Part shown: piece after piece, positions 58,732 to 64,000 of the stretch
Position numbering within the stretch: position 1 is the stretch's first letter
Layout of the letters: every line of letters starts with the position of its first letter
Assembly (NCBI GenBank): GCA_965649825.1
Contig: OZ287719.1
Span: 1-64,000 of the forward strand
DNA from: Penicillus capitatus
Lineage: Eukaryota > Plantae > Chlorophyta
DNA: 64,000 bases
Direction: 5' to 3'
Made by a program: the position numbers and the translations under genes
Notes under the pieces: model-generated
The model's database searches: none
Told to the model about the DNA's origin: nothing
Seen by the model: the letters and a program-made list of their open reading frames with translations, nothing else

Positions 58732-61700
58732 TCATCGTCCATATTGTACGAAGGAGATTGATACCTTGGGGATGACACACCGTTGTGATTCATTGTCTGG
58801 AAACGGAGCGCTCGATGACGGATCGCTGTGCAGGACAGATTCGAAACCGTATGCTCCCGGCGGGATGTGTTCGCTTAGTAGATAGATATCATCCTCTGGC
58901 TAGAATAGCATCCACACACCGACGGAGTGACGTGTCAATAGAGTGACCTCAAGAATGAGACGCGATGGAGGATTGGTGTAGACATACGGTGCGGCATTGC
59001 CTCGATGATCCCTTCGTTTTCGGTAGATCCCAAGACAGATCGCTCCTTGTTTGAGCTGACGACGAAAGAGCCGGCCAAACGTCTCGTGTCGAAATTCGCA
59101 AGGCAATGGTACAGCCGTCAGATGAACGGATCGCTTGTTCGATGGCGGCGGGGCATTGGCCATCGAGACCGATTCTCGGTACTGAGAGGTATCGGCCATG
59201 TCATTGCCGACGAGGATCTTACGTATGATCCGTATGATATCTGAGTTGTAGAAGGCCTAATGTACAGCGACGCCTTGTGAGCGAGTCTGTGAGGACTGCT
59301 GAGATCACTTGGCAGAAAAGGGTGTCCATGAAGCCAGAGAGGAAGACCGTTCCGGCGGCAAAGAAGGGAGAGGTGATGAAATTCGCAGTCGAGCCTTTTC
59401 CCCGTTCGAGTCCTGGCATGAGAAAGGCGAGATTGGCGGCGGCGTGGATGTTCATGAAGATCTCGAGCTTAGGATTGATGGCTGTCAGTTGATTGTAGGT
59501 GAGCACCACATCAGCGTCGAGGCGTGCCTCTTGGTAGACGTCGACGGATGGCCCCTCTCTGTTAGGTAAGATGATCGCTTTGTATGCGGAAGCGACGTTG
59601 AGGCGTCTCAGATCACTCATGCTCTTTGCCGATCCCTACAAGGGCAAGCAGTCATTTAGACATGATGTGACAGGTGGCGGCGATGATGTGACGTGGAAGT
59701 AGTAGATGGCTTGGAACATGGAGATCTCATTCCATTTGCGCTCTTCCAGCGATCGGCAGTCGACTAAAACGACGGGAATGACGCGTTTGAGACTGCAGAT
59801 ACGTAGAGGGGCGATGAGATGAAAAAGACTCGGGACGCCGGAGATGCCGAAAATGACGATGTGATCTTTGAAGTCGACCTCCATGATCGACGCCGCCTAC
59901 AGTACACGATAGAATGGATGGCTGAAGAAGGAAGAGGTTCACGTCGAGACTTCGTGGCGATCGACAAACGTGGTAGCGTTGCCGAAGATAGGCGGCTTTC
60001 TGAATCGTGGCGCGCATCATCTGACGTGTTGGGTTCTGGCTCTTGATTCTTAGCAGTCCTGCTTCGTTTGCCGCTCTTAAGTTCTATCGATCACTCGTTA
60101 GATGGTATCGAAAGAGTGCGATCGATCGATCGACCTGCCAGCCACGTCGAGCGCGTGTTCTCGAGGAATCGGTCGAAACGTTCTCATCGTGGATCTGACG
60201 CTCGAAATGATCGAGATCGTTACGCCCGGGCGAGGAGAAAGGAAACTTCGAGGAATGGAATTCTGACGATCATAACGACGACATTTGTGTGGAAAGAGTG
60301 AGAAAGACCCGACGCACCTCCTGCTTGTCTCGAATACTGACCGTCAAGCGAGAGGCTCCTGCCACCTCGCTGGAAGTAATCAGAGAAACGCCCGGCACCT
60401 TTCCGCTGCCAAACCGTTCTCCGCCACGTCCCATTTGGCGCACGATCGAAATCGTCATCCCCCTCGAGTCCCTCTCCGATCGCCACGCCCATCGTTTCGT
60501 CATCGAATCGATCGCCGTCTGCATCTCCTCGCTGCTGCGTCAACGGCGGATCCTCCCATTCCTCTCGCGCCATTCGGAAAGACGATGGGGCTGTCTCTTT
60601 GAGTGCGGAACGAAAATGTGTGAGAGACTGTCGACCAGTGAGACTGCGGCGCAGAGTGATGGACGGCATGTCGTATGCCGCGATCTCGAGGCAGGTCTCG
60701 AGATTGGGCGCGATCACGAAGCCGACGGTCTCGTTGACATCTGTTACGACCTATCGGACAAGCCACTCACGAGAAGGAGCGATCGAGAGAGTGCATCCAT
60801 CCTACGTAGTCCATGGTGGCCATGAGCAGTTGACTGAATTCGACGGCATCCGCTTTGCCTGGTGACATCGTTTTGACAAAAGATCCCATTCGAAGAAGCT
60901 GCTCGGAAGTTGTGGACGTCTCCATCCCGACGAGAATGGCACCGAATCGATCGTAGATGATATTGGCCACTTCGTCGAATCGCTTGTGAAGGAACATGGG
61001 CGACAGCGGCGTACGGTAAATCTCCATCGATGCACCTCTGAGGTACTCCTTCTTCCACGATGCCCCCTTTTCCTATCCATCTCACGCAAACGTCACATCA
61101 TTATGTGTGATCCGTATGATCATCACTCTAGCCGCCAGATGGGTCGAGACGCTGCGACAGAGATTGCAGATGAGGGTGATGAGACCGGGACATCCAAGAC
61201 AGCTCTGAGCGATCATAGCGAGTTTGAGCTCGAGGAGACACAGCACAGAGAAGAAGGGCTTGTACGCCGTCGCGTTCTCCTGCAGTTGGCCCTCTCTTCC
61301 TATCCACGCCTTGTGAGGGCCATCGACAAACGAAGCCAAGTGCATTCTCGAATCGGGGGAGAGAATCTCGATCATGATCCTCGGTATATGTGTGGCATCG
61401 ACAAAGGATTCGCCCCTTAAGTACTGCGAGATCGACAGGGCGATGAGAAGATTTGTCTCGTCCTCGCGTTCCGGCTGAGCGCTGTGTTTATCGCAGAGGA
61501 TAAAAATGGCGGCGGCGCTTCGCACGACGGACCGCAAGAGATCCTACAACATCGCATCGTGTGGCCCTCTCTGCCGACATCCAGGCCACATTGCCTTGCG
61601 GTTCATGGGCGATCCCTGGACGTATGTCAGACGGTCGTCACTTCGAATGAGCGACTCCAGGTCGCGTTCGAGAGGGCAGGGTGAGAGAAGGACGATGTCG

Positions 61701-62786
61701 CTGTCTTCAAATCCGTGGTCTTGGTGATAGAATTCCTCGACGAAATCCATAAAGGCGTCGGTCGTGATGGATCCCGCCATCACGATGTGACGTCCGGCTT
61801 TGTGTGAGACATAGGCGGCGTGTTCGTAGTAGCTGCGCCTGGCCAAGAGCGAGATCAGTTCATTGGTTTGCTGCGGGACGATCGTCGCGACGAGGAGAAT
61901 GGTGAAGACGACGACGAATTTGCCCAGCGTGGTCTCGGGGTGGATATCGCCGTAGCCGACGGTCGCGACAGTGACGGCCGCCCAGTAGAGTCCATCATGA
62001 AACAACGTCAGCTTCAGGGCAGCTTCTTATTAGAAAGCAAAAGAGTGAGATTCGACGCTTGCCTGTTCGTGCTCCGTTTCGAGAAAGGCCCCGGCGGAGC
62101 AGACGATGAGGGTCAGCACCGAGAAACACAGCACGAGGACTTTGCGCTGAATGAGCGAGTCCGTTCGGGTCATCAGCCGATGGACCCTCAGAATTCGAAG
62201 CAGGCGAAGGAGTCGGGCACATCGAAGGAAACCAAAATCGACAAGGGCTGCTCGTCGCAGGGACAGTTCGAGAAAAGGCGGCAGGATGGTGAGCTGATCG
62301 ACGGCGCTCTCCCAGGTGAAGAAGTGCCGCCAGCGGTCTTCAGCAACGAACAGACGCAGCGCGAATTCAGCCGTAAAGAACCCACTGCACGCGAGCTCCA
62401 CGATCCGCGTCGCGATCCCGAGATCCTGCCGCCATACACCAGCCGCCTTTGCGTCGGGGTCGAGGAGGGAGGGATAGGTCAACGAGGTAGGTCTCGAGGA
62501 TGTAGAGGAGGACGGCGAGGATGGAAAGAAAGGCCGAGGCGAAATCGAGCACGCATCCCCAGACGCTGTTCAGCAGACATCTCTTGAGCTGTTTGCTCCA
62601 AGGCACCGTCAAGTAAATGCGTCTCAGCAGCTTCGCGTGTTGTCTAGAAGGGCGCCGCAGCGTGGGCGCGGTTTCCGTCTGGCGTCGTGCCTGAGATGCC
62701 GTCGTCTGAGTCGGATAGCGTCGTGTGGTGGCGAAGGGCCGAGATCTGGAGGAGGTTCCATGTGACGATCGATCTGGTTCGATCAT
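58732..62786 (-). CDS. BK/Slo-type potassium channel (6TM + RCK domains), multi-exon
   Basis: S4 RCARLLRLLRILR, filter TVGYGD, RCK motifs HIVMAG, YVQGSP, SCPGLITLICNL, FAAGTVF; 3' end approximate. Confidence 0.9.
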
Positions 62787-62816
62787 GGAAAAGACGAAAA
62801 AGCGCTTACCGACGTC

Positions 62817-62898
62817 GATGCGATGGCCGAGTGGTCTAAGGCGCTGGATTTAGGCTCCAGTCCTTTCGAGGGCGTGGGTTCAAATCCCACTCGCATCA
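62817..62898 (+). tRNA. trnL-UAG: tRNA-Leu (anticodon UAG)
   Basis: Acceptor GATGCGA/TCGCATC, anticodon arm CTGGA-TTTAGGC-TCCAG, long variable arm, T arm GTGGG-TTCAAAT-CCCAC. Confidence 0.97.
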
Positions 62899-63609
62899 TC
62901 ATCTTTTGTGTAAGAGAGGAGGAGACTTCGAGCTAGCAAGCAAGCGATCGAGTTGTGGTTATGGCTGTTGTTGTTGTTGACTTCAACAGATTTCATGTGT
63001 AACTTGAACACACAGCGCACCTTCAGAGGTGTCAACGAGTCATTCCCGGGACCCGCCCCGCTTTCCTTCCCCATGAGAGAGTCCAGAGAATCGAAAACTA
63101 TGAACAACAACAACAACACAGTGCATGACATGTTAAAGGATGTACGTCGTGTGCTTATCGTGATGTAAAGAGAGATTAAATCGCGCTATCTTTATTGTTG
63201 TGTTGCGCCGTGTGTTTGTGCATGCATCACAAAAAACAGAGTCAGATTTTCCACATGTTCACCACACAACGTCATGGCAGGAGGGGAGAGTGTTTTCGTG
63301 GGCAGTAAGTACAGAAGGCGAAGGAATTTCAGTGAAATGACGTCAGGGAAAGGAACCGCCTGACCTTCCATCTTTTCCTAACAAACGTAACGCAGCTGCT
63401 GCCTGATCGTTCCCCAATGAGGCTTGAAGGAGACCTTCCACTAAAATGAGCTTCGTCTATGCTCAAGCGCGTGCTCTATGTGCAATCCCGTGCCTAGCTG
63501 AAAGACTGGTACATTGGATGAATAGAAAACACCCAAGGATGGATATATAAAAGTCGTGCCGCGAAAAATTGTACAGATCTGTCACCAGTTCATGATGCTT
63601 CAAAGCAGC

Positions 63610-64000
63610 TTATTGCTTGAATGCTGCAAATTCGGCTGGCGTTGTCGGAGGATCTCGTTGGGATGTCGCTCCGTCCAGAGAACGTGTCGTTTGAAGGGAG
63701 GTTATTGCTTCATCTGTGTGCGAAGGCTCGTTGCCATCCAGGCTCAGATGCAACGATCGGTAGCTGTCCAAAAAGACAGGAGCATGAACCGTCGTTGTCG
63801 CCTGGGCAGGATTCACTCTCAAACTGCTGAACTTCTTTGGCACGAGACGAAGACTCTTCTTCTTTTCGGCTACTGGAACGGAGTCCTGATGACTGAAGAA
63901 CGAGGATCGCGTCTGGCTGTCGCCCAGGGGATGCGACGATGTTCTCGCTCCTCCTTGCAAGCCTTCTTCCTTCTCATACTTCTGCAGCATGAGCGACAGT
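63610..64000 (-). CDS. Probable 3' end of a gene extending beyond the window
   Basis: Open frame from the window edge to the stop at 63610; low complexity, no recognisable domain. Confidence 0.35.
   Translation of the reverse strand, partial: LSLMLQKYEKEEGLQGGARTSSHPLGDSQTRSSFFSHQDSVPVAEKKKSLRLVPKKFSSLRVNPAQATTTVHAPVFLDSYRSLHLSLDGNEPSHTDEAITSLQTTRSLDGATSQRDPPTTPAEFAAFKQ

Noticed and set aside
58732-62786. BK-type channel as a novel animal-like gene
   Set aside because: Slo/BK-like channels are already known from chlorophyte algae; nothing unusual seen.

Overview
Eukaryotic nuclear DNA with dense genes and very short (~45-60 nt) introns. The gene set (SWEETIE/HEATR5, plastid-type DUF179 and SppA, plant-type UBA protein, BK-type K+ channel) suggests a compact green-algal genome; this is inference. 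The main result is an intact, very young Ty3/Gypsy LTR retrotransposon (6278-13105, minus strand) with 304-bp LTRs that read identical and a CCGT target-site duplication, inserted into a coding exon of a beta-helix/multi-TM receptor-like gene. Its ORF1 is not a plain Gag. It reads signal peptide, degenerate torsin/LAP1-like AAA+ domain, acidic linker, glycosylated heptad-repeat ectodomain, TM, Gag (CCHC), protease. Pol (pseudo-dUTPase, RT, RNase H, integrase) is reached through an A-AAA-AAC -1 slippery site. Other content: two inverted copies and one fragment of an unclassified repeat element carrying a ~373-aa ORF and a 71-bp hairpin array with compensatory stem changes; three degenerate copies of a 2OG-Fe(II)-oxygenase-like motif; a cluster of signal-peptide ankyrin genes with one exon per repeat; a small cationic Cys/Trp secreted peptide; housekeeping genes (SppA, UBA, Zn-finger, JMJD4, HEATR5, DUF179, BK channel); and tRNA-Leu(UAG). 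All domain calls are by eye; no searches were run.
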